Assembly: GCA_013239625.1 (NCBI GenBank)
Contig: MU054187.1
Span: 3,669,757-3,733,756 of the forward strand
Reading direction: 5' to 3'
DNA: 64,000 bases
Source of the DNA: Lama guanicoe
Taxonomy: Eukaryota
The notes beneath the pieces were generated by a model that searched no databases, was not told the DNA's origin, and saw only the letters and a list, made by a program, of their open reading frames with translations. The translations under genes were made by a program, and so were the position numbers. Below, piece after piece: positions 1-12,400 of the stretch; position 1 is the first letter of the stretch; each line of letters opens with the position of its first letter.

Positions 1-778
1 TGAGGAGCTCCTCACCCGGACAGAGTCAAACCGAGCCCCCGCGCGACTCGTGACCGAGCCCAGTGGTCGCCAGTGCAGGACGAAGCCAGGCCACCTGGAG
101 GGGAAGAGGCACAGGCCAAGCTGCACAGGCTGAGCTGCTGTGCAGGAAGGAAAAGGGGGCAAAAGACAGGCTGCTCAGAGTCCCAGAACCACCCTGCAAT
201 TCACGCACAGGATTCATCACTTAGGAATGAAGAAGACACCAAACTTCAGCAAGAAAGAGAGTGGGGCGGGGTGGGGCGGGGGCAAGCCAGCAGAAGGCAG
301 AAACACCGACGTGACTGCTGCAGGAGTGAGGAGGAGATGGCTTCCAGCTAGGGGAGGCTTCCTTTCCAAGAGCCTTGTGCCCGGAGAGAAGAGAAAGGGG
401 GAGTCAGGGCGCCTGGTGGGGGAGAAAGCGGAGGTGCTGAGGGTAAACAGCAGGGGAGAAACAGAGCACTCGGGGAGACAAGGAGGGACCATGTCTGAGA
501 AGAGGGACAGGTTTTTGTCTTAGACAATTACCAACCTGGGAGGGACGTATACTCGTCCTGGCAAGTTTTTGGTGAAAGGGGGCAAGGAGTCTGCTTAACT
601 TCGTCAGTGCCGATGGTGCCAAGCAGAGGCCGGTATGTCTACTAAGGATGCAGGAGAAGCTGGGAGACAACGGCCAAGGTTAGAGACACCCCCGAGGACA
701 AGGGAGGGGTGTCCAGGAGCACTCTTGAGAGTTTTGCAAAGACAAACAACACTTGCCATAAAAAATTAAATTTCTTAA

Positions 779-935
779 ATAAGATACTAAGATGTAATAT
801 ACAGCACAGGGAATATAACCAATATTTTATAATAACTTGAAACAATTATAATCTATAAAAATACTGAATCACTGTGTTATACATGTGAAACCAATATAAA
901 ACTGCAGATCAACTATACTTCAGAAAATAAAAAAA
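779..935 (+). mobile_element. L1 3' end fragment (L1MA/cetartiodactyl type)
   Basis: Typical L1 3' UTR motifs 'tacagcacagggaatataaccaatattttataataac...aatactgaatcactgtgttatac...gatcaactatacttca' followed by an A-rich tail. Confidence 0.75.
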
Positions 936-1479
936 TTAATTAAAGAACTGAATTTCTCAGTCACTGCTGTTGGGAGTGTAAAGTGTTGAAACTTTTCTGG
1001 AATACTCTGTGGAAATGGGTAATCAAAGCCTTTTATTTGTATGTGTATGGTGACTTGATAATTCATTTCTAAAAATGTAAGGGAAAAAAACAAGGAACAA
1101 AGATTTAAGGATAAGCACATTCAAAGCAAATTTTAAGAAAAAAGTTGATAACGTCTAATAAAAGGGGTAAAGTATATGTCTATCTGATAGAATAATCATG
1201 CATGCATTAAAAAATCATGCATTTAAAGAACATTACATCACATGATTAAACACTGATGTAATGTGAAAAATTTTAAAAGGACACAAAATATACTGTGATT
1301 CCAGTTTTGTGAAGTTCACACTCAGAACTTCTCCCCAATTCCCCACAATATCCTTAAACATCCCTTGGTGAGTTAAAAAAAAATTAGCAAGATACCGACT
1401 TTACACTTTCCTGTATTTTACAAATGTCTTACTTTTATAATTAGAAAAAAAATCATTTTACCAAAAAAAAAAGTTTTTT

Positions 1480-2780
1480 CAAATTAATGGTTCTGGGAAA
1501 AAAAAAAAAGAACTTGGATCCATACCTCACACTATATACAAACTTAACCCTAAACGGATCATGGACACCAATGTAAAACCCAAACCATAAAAATTCTAGA
1601 AGGAAACACAGATAAAAATCTTGTGACATTCAGTCAAAAATTCCTTGGCTACAACACTAAAAGCGCGACCCGTAAGATAACTTGATAAATTAGCTTTCAT
1701 CCAACTTTAAAACTGCTCTTCCAAAGACAATGCTGAGAAAGGGAAGACAAGCCACAAGAAGGCAAGGAGAACCTCTGCCAAGCATGCATCTGCCATAAGA
1801 ACCTCCAGAATGCAGCAATAGTAGGACAACCCAATTAAAGGGTAGAATATCTGAGTCAACACTCCACCAGTAAAGATACATGGATGACAAATAAGCACAT
1901 TAAAAGATGCTCACCATCCCTGATCATTAGGAAAATGCAAATAATACCATAATCAGATACCACTGTCTACCCACTAGAGTGATTAAAGTTAAAAAAAAAA
2001 AAACCAACCCAAAACTGACTATCTGACCATCAGGTGCTGGTGAGGATGTGAGACAAATGGAGCTTATACTACTGGCAAGAAGGTCAAAACGGTACAATCA
2101 CTTTTTAAAAGCCTGGAAAATGAAAATGAATGTATGTATGTGTATGCAAGACTGGGACATTGTGCACTGGAAACTGACACACTGTAATTAACTGACTGCA
2201 CTTCAATTGAAAAAAAAAGTTTGGCAGTTTCTTAAAAAGTTAACTATGTGCCCAGCACCTGACCATTTCACACCTATGTATTTACCCAAGAAACGTGAAA
2301 ACATACAAAGACTGGTACGTGTCTATTCATAGCAGCTTTATTTGCAATAGTAAAAAACCAGGTATGACCCAACCAGTGTGTGAATGGATAAACAAGCTGT
2401 AGTAGGTTCATATAACGGACTACTAACCAGTACTAACCAGCAGTGAAAGGGGATGTCCGACTGATACACACAGTAACACGAATGAGCCTCAAAAGAATCA
2501 TGCTGAATGAAGGAAGTCAGGCAGAAAAAAGAGGACATATTACATGAGTCCATTTATTCACCACTGTAGGAAATGCAAACTAACCTACAGTGACAGGAAA
2601 CAGCTCGGTGGTCATCACTCACAGAAGGACACGAGCAAACTTTTGGGAATGGGGATTATGTCCACTGTGGTTGTGGTGATGGTTTCCAAGATCGAGACGT
2701 CGGTCACAACCTGGCAAACTGAGCGCTCGAAATGCACGCACTTTATTTAATAATCAGGTATACTTCAACACAGCTGTAAG
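1480..2780 (+). mobile_element. Old L1 (L1MB/L1MC-like) ORF2 3' region plus 3' UTR, decayed
   Basis: L1 ORF2-end motifs ('ccatacctcacactatatacaaacttaac', 'aaaagatgctcaccatccctgatcattaggaaaatgcaaat', 'ttcatagcagctttatttgcaatag', 'tgaatggataaacaagctgt'); no intact ORF. Confidence 0.8.
2117..2219 (+). mobile_element. Short younger L1 3' tail nested in the older L1
   Basis: 'aatgaaaatgaatgtatgtatgtgtatgcaagactgggacattgtg...gacacactgtaattaactgactgcacttcaattg(A)n' interrupts the host L1; degenerate flanking duplication aaaagcctgg / aaaagtttgg. Confidence 0.6.
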
Positions 2781-5700
2781 AACGGCCACGTTTTCATACT
2801 GGAAAAAACTTAAAATGAATGAGGATGAGAAGATGAGAAGCGAATCTTCGCATGAATTTGCTGAAGTTTGCCCCCAAACCCACTTTCTGGGAACTGATAA
2901 ACTGGTGTACTAAATCCTCTGCAAGGGCTATGACTCAGAATGACTAAAGTCTTTCCTTCCCTTTCGGAGGGGAGAAAAAAAAGATGAGAGGAAGACTGGC
3001 TTAAATGTAAGAGTCACAGTCCCTCCTGACTAGACAGGACAGGGTCGAGGCAGTTTTCAGAGCCACATTCTCAGCTGTTGCCCTTGGAGGAATCCGGCAC
3101 AGGTCACCTGCCGCCTCACGCACTGGCACATCAGACTGCACGACTGAAAGGCTCCAGGGATACACCCGAGCTGGAGCTGAGACCCACCAACAGCAAGCAG
3201 TTCTGGGACAAGTTCCATCTATCAAATACCAGAGGACGTGCTCACTGAAGAGCTTCGATCCAGCCTCTGTATACATCTCTTCAGCATGCTCCTTAGCTAG
3301 CGGCGGCCTTAAAAAGAAAGAAGTGTCGTGCTAACTGGAAGGCCTGCCTTGGATTAGTTAAAAAAAACAAACACACCCCCCCAACCCCCAAAATAACGGT
3401 TGAGCCAAGATGACAAAAGAAGGGGTAAGTATTGGCTGAGCACAGGCAGGTACTCCAGATACGGAGTCAGAAACTGTACGGTGGGTCTGGCAACCTCAGG
3501 CAATTTGTTTCTGGAGCCAAGAGTGAGAAACAGCACGGAGGTACCAGACTGGAGGTGGGTGGGGGTCCTGTATGACCCACGCTACCAAGGGCTGAACAGT
3601 TTGAATTATTCTGATAATTTGCAAATGATCCTCAGCGGAGGGGCCTGTACACTTTGCTCCCCTGACTCCCATCTGTTGTCAGGTAATTCAGCAAACGGCC
3701 AGCCTCTGTGTGCTTCTGCTGCCTTCTGAAACAGAACCTAGTGGTGGTTTTCCTACCTTTTTTTTTTTCAGGGTGGCTTTTCTTTTTTTTTTTTTTAAAG
3801 AAACTTGACCTTCCTCAATTACAAATTCACTTATGTCTGTGCAGTGTTTGCTGACAGAAAATTAACAGAAAAGGGTTTACACCCATCAGCATGAGGCCTC
3901 AGCCAGGACCTGGGCGGCCCCTTCTCCACTGCGGGGCACGACCCCCGGGTTGCTCCCCACCCTGCTTTGATAAGGAGATGTGTTACAGAGAGAAGCTCGT
4001 CCCAAAATTGTAACCGGAGCCGGCTGACGATCGTCTTCACGCAGCTACTTTAAAATGCTGAGTCGGAGAGAGGGCCTCAAATCACAATCCTTACAGCGAC
4101 TTAGAGCCTATGGCGGGGGGAGCAGCAGCGCGGGGCGAGGTGCTGGCCGGCTGGGAACCAGAGCCTGGCCTGAGCCCTGCCCAACCCTCGCCCCCATGCG
4201 TCGCAGGGCAGTGTGGTCCCTGTAGCGCCTCCCTGTGCAGGATGGGGACATGCACCCTGCAGACCAAGAGTTCACCTGGGGATGTGCGCCAGGCCGCGAC
4301 CTGGTTCCGAGGGCTCACAGCGTGGAACTGCTCTAGTCAGTGGGTCACCCAAATACGCGCTGCCCCTAGATGGGCAGACGTGCACTTAAAAATAAGTCTT
4401 CTTCTTCTTTTTTTCTTTTTGCTTTTTTTTTTTTCACTTTTCTGGCACAGGATCCTGAGTGGAATCACAGTCAACAGAGCCGCTGAAGGACAGGCAAAGG
4501 CAGTGTTCCACGTGAAGAAGACGATTTCCTCATATGTAATGAGATTCATGTAAAAGTGGTTCACGGGGCAGGTAGTATCCTACCTTCTCTGCGACAGAGG
4601 TGAGCGGCAGCCGACATTTCGTGGTGGTCACGGTCACAGGTGACCCCAAATCACAGCTATGATAAAACCCATCCCCGCAGAGCCAGCGGCCACTTTGCGT
4701 GTTGAGATGAATGGTAACGTGGGTACCGCGTGACTGCTGACAAGCTGGGGACAGACTGATCCCGGCTTGTGGCTTAAGTGTGGTCACAGGTTACAATGTG
4801 CCTGTGAAAGTACTAAGATTACTCAAAATCAGAGGAAACAGCTACATGTTAGGAAAAAATGTACTTTATCGAAGTCCACAGTAAAGCAGAATTCCACGCT
4901 CAGTGCTACCACATGGGAGTGTCCCTGTCACACAGCATCTCAAATTAACGCCCTGCCCTCATCCTCCTGAAGCTGAACCAGGGTTGCCAGGGCTTCGTGG
5001 AACCGGATGCTGTCTTGCAGAGCCAGGCTGCTGGGGGGATGAGGCGTGGAGGGAGGAGCGGGGAGGAGACAGCGGCCCAACACGCCTCAGCTGAGCCTTA
5101 CCCCAGGAAGGGGGCTGTTCTCATCGACAGGGACATCCCACAAGCCACGTGGGACTTCTGAGGTTTCCAAATGATTGTACTTGCGTTACTCTCACATTCC
5201 TGCGCAGCCCCTGCAGGGGAGATGTGACTGTAACTGTTAAGTAGGTCCGCCCGGTCAAACAGTGACCTCCAGCAACAACGCGGTGTTTGCCGAGTTTATC
5301 TACAGGCACCTGCTACAGTACTGGACTTGCTTGTTTTCTTTTGTTTTTAAAAACCTTCCTGGCATGGATATTGGTCGTAACATAATGATGAGATAGAGAC
5401 CTGTGCGTGCGTTTCTCCACACCTCTGCCCGGGCAACGTTAACATGCTTCGTGGCCTTTCTGAACCTTGGCATCTTTAACCTTGAGGAGAACACAGTCAA
5501 TTCTTGATTAAGTGGGATAACTGGGAAGTGAGGTCACAGACAGAACATCACGGTTACGGCAAATCAGTCACTGCAATACACTGACTGGTGGTCCTTTGGC
5601 TTTTTACCCTGAAACCTATTTTGACAATAAAACTAGGGGTCAATCCGCAGTGGGGGTGGGTGGAGGGAAGTGACTTCAGGGGTAACAAAAACAGGAAAGA

Positions 5701-6099
5701 CACTCTGGGCCTGTCTCCAGTCTCTTCAGCTGAGTCCCAGCAAAGGCTGCAGAGGAAGCACCATGAGAGCCAAGATCTTGCCCTTTGTTGTCCGGTTCCA
5801 TACCCCTAACACCTAGGACAGTGGATGCGCAAAGGAGGTGCTCAGATACCCGCTGAAGGAATACAAGGAGGAAGAGAAGCAGGGAAGGACGGACACTCTC
5901 CCTCCTCTCAGCCAAATGGATCTGTGGACAAAAACGCCTGCCCGGCCTCCCTGGTTACCTCTGTGAATGGTTAGGAACTGGCCGAACACCTTACACTGGA
6001 AAACTCTCCTTGATCTCCCTCGGTGTCCAGCCATCAAGAGCACCTTGTCCTCTTTCTTGGCTTGGCCCACCCTCAGCAGATACCAGGACGCTGCATCAC

Positions 6100-6114
6100 T
6101 GTGCCATCTGGTGG
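6100..6114 (-). promoter_or_regulatory. CTCF core motif
   Basis: Minus strand reads CCACCAGATGGCACA, matching the consensus CCASYAGRKGGCRS. Motif only; binding is not shown. Confidence 0.4.
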
Positions 6115-8726
6115 TCATGCCTGGAAAGTTCGTCCTCCTCGACACCCGGGACAGTCCCCTAGCTGCGCAGAGGCCCCTGGGATGGGACATCTGAGTGAGC
6201 TGTTGGGTAAATGCACCTCTATTATTTAACCATCAAGGCTCCACAGAAGATACAAAGATGAATCAGGCGCGAGGCCCACCGCTGAGAAGCCTGTAAGCTC
6301 AGCAGCTGGGGGGTCCCCCAAAGATGAATAATCACTGATGACACAAAACAGGAGGTGGAAAATACCGTCAAACAAGGAGAGAGGAAGAACAGTGGGAATT
6401 TTGGAAAGAGAAGGTTCTTCCAAACTTTGCAGACGAGCATTTGGGGAAGGGAGAGCCAACCCAACTGGCAGTGGAGACAGGTAAGGTGTGGACCTGTTGG
6501 GCGTGGCTGGGGAGTCGGGAACGCAGCCCAGAGGCGGGGCAGTGTGGCCAGGCCAGCCAAGGAGCAGGCAAGGAGGCTGCAGGAAGGCAGGGCCGGTGCT
6601 GACGAGGAGGCTGCGAAAGGGCCCCGGCTCTGGGAGGCTGAGCAGGCGGGGTGGGGGGCAGCGGGTGTGCAGAAGCAGCGCTGTCTGGCGGTTACGGGTC
6701 CAGGGCACCGGCTGTGAGGCCTTGGGTGAGCGGCCTGCCTTTTCCAGCTTGGGTTCCCTCAGCTGAAGAGAGATGCTTCAACCCCTCAGGGCTGTTAGGA
6801 GGGACAAATGGCGCCCCGTGTCAAGCACGCAGCACAGGGATCAGCACGCGGTAAGGGCTTCACTATAAATGTTAAGAAACAGCCAACAACTGGAAGCCCC
6901 TGAGCGGCAGCGAATTTGACATACGAGAGAGAACCAGCGAAGATCCGAGGGGCAGGGGAGGAGAGCGGGCCGGTGGCCTGAAGGGGACACAGGAGGCGCG
7001 GTTTGGGGCAGGAGCGTGAGGAGACGCAACAGGAGGATCTCTTCCTTCTACGCGCAGGATAGCGAAGGCGGAACACCTGCGACCAGGAGGAGACGTTTCA
7101 CAGAGGCTGCTCCCTTTGGATTTAGTGACACAGAAGCTTTCAGTAATCCCGGGTGGAGGAACCGGGCTGGAACCCGGCGGGTGAGGAGTCAGCACCACCC
7201 GAGGCTCTGTGGCTCCGGGTACACGTCCCCCTGGGGAAGGAGCAGCTGCTGGAGGGCGAGGTACAGAAGGGAGAGTGTTCCATCACCATGTGTCGTCTCC
7301 TTTCCCAACAGCAGAGGCCAGGCGGGGTCCCATGCGGACAGGGAGGACCAGGTGGAGAAGGAAAGGCTGAGAGGCAAACAAGAAGGGACGAGCAGGGCTG
7401 GCCCCTGGAGCAGGGGAACAAAGCCAGGAGGACGGGGCGCCAGCAGAGCCGAACCAGGGAGCACACTGCCACAGGCGGAGGACCAACAGGCGGCCACTGA
7501 TGCTGCGCCATGGAGGAGGCGACGCTGGGGACAGGTGCAAGGGCGAGCGGGCACCAGCCGTGCAGAGGTGACCGCATGCCAGCAGAGGAATGGCTTTCTA
7601 ATACATTCCCATCCGGGTTTTAAGAGTTGTTTCTGAAGATTATACTGCGTCCCTCACTTTCCCTATCTGCTTCTGTTTCAGTGTTTAAGGATCTCTCTGC
7701 GCTCATCAAATCCTTCGCCATGAAAGAGCCCCACGTGGTGTATGTCAGTCTGGGTTGACCAGTCCCTTTGTGACAGCACAAAAGACCGGCAACCGTGAGG
7801 AAGGCGTGTGAACATGGACTGATGTGCTGAGTTAACAGGTCGTGTGAATAATCATTCCCTTAATTTATCCGTTTTGCAGTTTCCAACTAATTTAGAATTT
7901 GGCAGGTGAGTTTCTCCCCCTTCACCTTAACGTGAACTTGTAGTATTAATTAACAGTGATCTTTCTCTTACACTGCAACGTCCACGACCTAAAACAAAGG
8001 GGGAGAAACAGATAGGAGAACACAGGATGGGAACAGCCAAAGCTGATGCTACGAATCCACGCACATCACACACTTAATCACGGGGGTGAGTGCCCTGCCC
8101 TCGCTCACTCAGTGCTGGTCTCTCAGGCAAATGGTGACAGGGGGCTGACTGAGACTCTGGGCACAGGGGTGACGGGCAGCCTCCAGTGTCAAAGGCGAGC
8201 AGGAGGCGACGGCTGCGCAGGGAAAACACAGGAAAGAGAAATACAGAAGAGAAGTCAAAAAGCAGAGACGGGGTCCTGGCCATGCCCACGAACCATCGGC
8301 AACTTCCAGAAGTCACACTGGCTGAGCAACTGCCAAGGAAAAGAAGGCTTTTTATCATCTTCTCCACTTACTTCTCACAAGAATTTATCTGAAGAAAATA
8401 ACCCGAGATGCACCCAAAGATTCACGCACAAGGCCACCCACCACTGCGTTATGTGAAGACTGGAAACGCGCTGCCTGGCCAGCCACGGGGAAGGCTCAGT
8501 AAACGCGGTGCTCGCTCAGAGCAGCCCGGCTTCCCAGGAGTGTGTACGAAGAACGTAAAAGTACACGGGAAAGAATCTTTATACAAAAAGCAGGACACGA
8601 AACCAAGAGGATCCCAATTCAGTTTACAAAGCATTACACAGGTTTAAAGAAAAAAAAAACCAGGAGGAAATCCCTGTTAGTACCAAACGTCATTTTTGAT
8701 GACCATTTTGATTTATTTTATATTTA

Positions 8727-8759
8727 TACACACACACACAGACACACACACACACACAT
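8727..8759. repeat. (CA)n microsatellite, interrupted
   Basis: tacacacacacacagacacacacacacacacat. Confidence 0.9.
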
Positions 8760-8879
8760 ATATCTCAATGTCATTCTTATTGCTTATAGGACTTCATTCA
8801 GAATTCACTTCCTTCACATTCAATCTTCCCAACTTGTCTTTCTAGGAGACTTTAACATGTTTGGAGGCAAAAAGCAGAA

Positions 8880-9470
8880 CCTGATTCCTACATAAAATGA
8901 GGGGCCACGGAAGCATGTCAAACCATCCAACGGGGATGCGATGAGCGAAAACGCAGACTTATGGGAAACTCTACAGGACGCAGCCAAAAGCAAATCAAAC
9001 CAAACCAAACCAAAGACCAGCTTCTTCAACAAGTAAGTTTTAAGGGGAGAAAAATGGAAGGTCTGGATGGATTTAAGAGATAGGCTGACTCAGAGTAGAC
9101 ACAGGCCTCGTTGGATTTGAATCATGAAAATCATTTTAAAAAGTTAAGAGATGACAATGGATATGTGAACAGTGAACATTTGATGATATTAAGGCATTAT
9201 TGTTCTTTTGGGGTGTGACAGTTGTACCTCTCAAAAGAGTCTGTACGTTTTGGAAACACATACCAAAAACATACAAAAGATATGAAATAGTTTTCTATTA
9301 AAACAGCCGGCAGGAGAAGAGATGGGGGTGGGTGGGGTACTGATGGACCGAGACTGGTCACGGAGGTGACAACCGTTGAAACTGGTTATGGGGGGTAACA
9401 AGGCATTCAACTGTTCTCGCCACTTGTGTGTATTTTTGAAATATTCTATAATAAGAAGTTTTTCAAAGAA
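8880..9470 (+). mobile_element. Ancient L1 (L1MC/L1ME-like) 3' end remnant
   Basis: 'tttgatgatattaaggcattattg', 'gttgaaactggttatgggggg' and 'tgtgtatttttgaaatattctataataag' resemble old L1 3' UTRs. Confidence 0.55.
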
Positions 9471-12400
9471 AATCTCTAAATGCAGCACCACACTTAACCT
9501 CCAGAGTAAGTGATGAACTACACACTGTGTAGGTGCTCAATTAAGCCTGGCTGATGACGGCAAAGTCAGAAATTGTTCACATGCTGCTTACGACCCCGGC
9601 AAGTCCTGTGAAGGAAGGAGTGTGCCTGAGCGTGTCTGAAGCCCTGACCGTCACCGCCACGGGTCCCCGGCCGCTCAGTCCAGCTGCAGGCACACTCTAC
9701 TGAAGCCAAGGAAGTACTGCTCTGAGCGGATGTAAAATCGCTTCGTTAGTCACGGCCTTTCAATTATATACATTATTTTCTAGAAATAAATACTCTGGGA
9801 GAGGGTTTTCAACAATCAGGCTTTCTAACAATCACTCAGTGGACAATGACTGCGCCACTTTTAACTGTCATAAGGGTGGAGACCGAGTCAGTGTAGCAGG
9901 ATGGAGGCACTGTGCTGGGGGGAGGTGGCTGAACGCGGCGGCCCGGAGGCAGTGGGCTCAGCACTGGGGAGGGGCCTGGAGTCACTGAGCAGACAGACTC
10001 GGCACTGGGGGCAGCCCCCGCTGGGCTTGGCAATGGGGTGTGTGTCGGGGGGAGATGTGTGGTGCATGTGCACGCACATGCTCACATGCGTGGAAGCCCG
10101 AATTGGCGAGGTCTGGGACAGGAGTTGAAGACATGCAGTTCTGCAGGAGAAAGGATGGCCGGATGGATGGATGGAGGTGGTGGAGTCAAGCTTCAAAACG
10201 TTTCCATCTGGAGATCTTGAACATCTCCACTGGCTGGAGACAAAGAGTCAGTGGAGTGAACACATGCCCATATTGAAGGGGACAGGAGCAGAGTCGGTGA
10301 GCCCTGGGCAGGAGAGCAGCGAGACAAGGAGGAGCTGGGGGGCAGAGGCAGTTGGTGGTCAGGGAACTGGGGGTCAACAGGCACATCTGATACTCAATTT
10401 TCTCAGTGAACTTGGGGCAAAGTTACCTAATGTCTATTACAGATTCGAACTAGAGTCTCTATTGGACTGTTAGTTATTAATAGATAGTATTAATTATTAG
10501 TATGTAAAATATCAGATAGTCGTATTCTATTAAATATTAAAGTAGAACATAAAAGAAAAACATTGATTACTTAATAAGCTGGTATTAGTCTATTAACAGA
10601 CTGTGAGACTCTTAGAGGTTCAGGTTCCAGGAGAGAACTGTTGTCGCTGCTGCCACTGTGAGCTGGACTTGCACAGAACAGAGCGGACGGGCTGCTAGGA
10701 AAGGAAAGCCACTCGCGCACTTCTATGAAGCAGGTAATCTTCATGCGTCACCTCGAATAGCACTCGGTTGCTTAGCTTTGTGGAGCCTCCTCTGCTTCCT
10801 CTGTGAACGCAGGTGAGCATGCCGTCGGGCGTGAGTGCACCGGCCGGAGGCACAGCGCAGGCGCTTCCCACTGCCACCTGATGCTGTGGGTCCCAAAAAT
10901 GAGGACCTAGAAGACCTAGTTCCACGAGAGGGAGCCCGAGACACCCCCCACTGCAAGTCCAGGCGTTGTGCCCCCAGCGCTAGAAGCTGGGAGCAGGCAG
11001 GGGCCCGGGCTCGCGGGTCCAGGTCGTGCTCCAGGCAACACCAGGCAACACCCACAGCGCAGCCGGCTTCCTGCTCTTGGGACTCCGGAGGCGGCTGCGA
11101 TGAACACATCTGTGAGCCTCAGAGAACAACCACCTGTTTGTGAATGTCAGTGACGCTTAGTCCTTTAATTAGGGCAGAAGGAATAAGGTCTGGCCTTCTG
11201 CAGGGAGCTGTGTGACCCGAGGGCGGACTGGAGGCTACAGAACCATCAGCGGTCAAGTGTAACTTCCACCCACAGACGCCCCTGGGGAAAACCCACGGGC
11301 GTGGGAACACGTCACTCCCCAACCTGGCGCACAAACACCGGAGGTGTGGGCAAGCTGTGTGTCTCGATGACTCTGGAGGCATGGGGGTCCCCCGTCTCCT
11401 CTCTGACCACCTCTCTCCCCTCCTGGTGTGTGTGTGTGTCCTCGTCCCCTCGGGGAGTCCGCCTCTCCCTGCAGTGCGTACACGGCGCGTCTCCCACACT
11501 CCTGGTACCTGTGCGGGTGTCCAGCGCCTTCTGGGTCTGCGAGTGTCTCTCCCTCCTCAGCCCAGTGTGCCTCGTCTCCCTTCACATCCCAGTGTTAGTG
11601 TAACTCCCCCATCTTGTACGTGTGTGTGTCCCTCCTGTCCCTCCCGGTGAGTGACCCACCAGCCTGGAATGTCCACTGCCCCCCTTCTGAGTGTGTGTCC
11701 CCACCTCCTCATGCTGGAGTCTGTCCCCCGCGCCTTCCACCTCCTAGCTGGGTGTCACTGCCCCTCACCCAGGCTCTGCCGCCCACCCACCCACCCCCAG
11801 CCCATCCTGCGCGAGTATGGATCTCATGGCCGTGGGGCTTTCCCCAGAGCGGTCTCTGCGTCTCTCCCCTCCCTGGGTGTGAGCTGGGTGTGCTCTCTGC
11901 CCTCCCTCTCTCCCCTGCGCCCTCTCTCTCTGGAAGTACGTGAATGTACACATACACACAGGGGAACACAGTGTCTCCCCGGGGTGCTGGGTCCCCCCAG
12001 CCCAGTGTGTCCGCACCTTCCCCCAGTCCGGTCCTCTCTGGGGTGTGAGCACCAGTCTCAAGCTCCTTCCCAGCAAGAGGGCCCCTGCGAGGCTTGCTGG
12101 GGTGGGGTCGGCCTGCGGGTAGTGGACGGGGGTCTGCACGTGTCAGAAGGGCCCAGGCACGGGCTGGGGGGTGGCACAGGGACGGGACAAGCCACCTTCC
12201 TGCCCCTTGAGCTTGCGGTCTCGTACTTCCCATCCACAGAGGCTGGCTGTGACTCCCCGGGGCCAGACCCAGGCCTCTTCACGCCGACACTGCGGGGCTG
12301 GGGCCGCACCACTCTTCCCCGACGCTCTCCCGGGACACCCTCTCGGATGCTCCATGTCACACAGCCCCGACTGCTGTCCCAGGCCTCCTCCAGCTTCCTT

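Noticed and set aside
4451..4571. Plus-strand acceptor/donor pair after a T-rich tract
   Set aside because: The acceptor arises from a simple T-rich run, the donor is weak and no partner exons were found.
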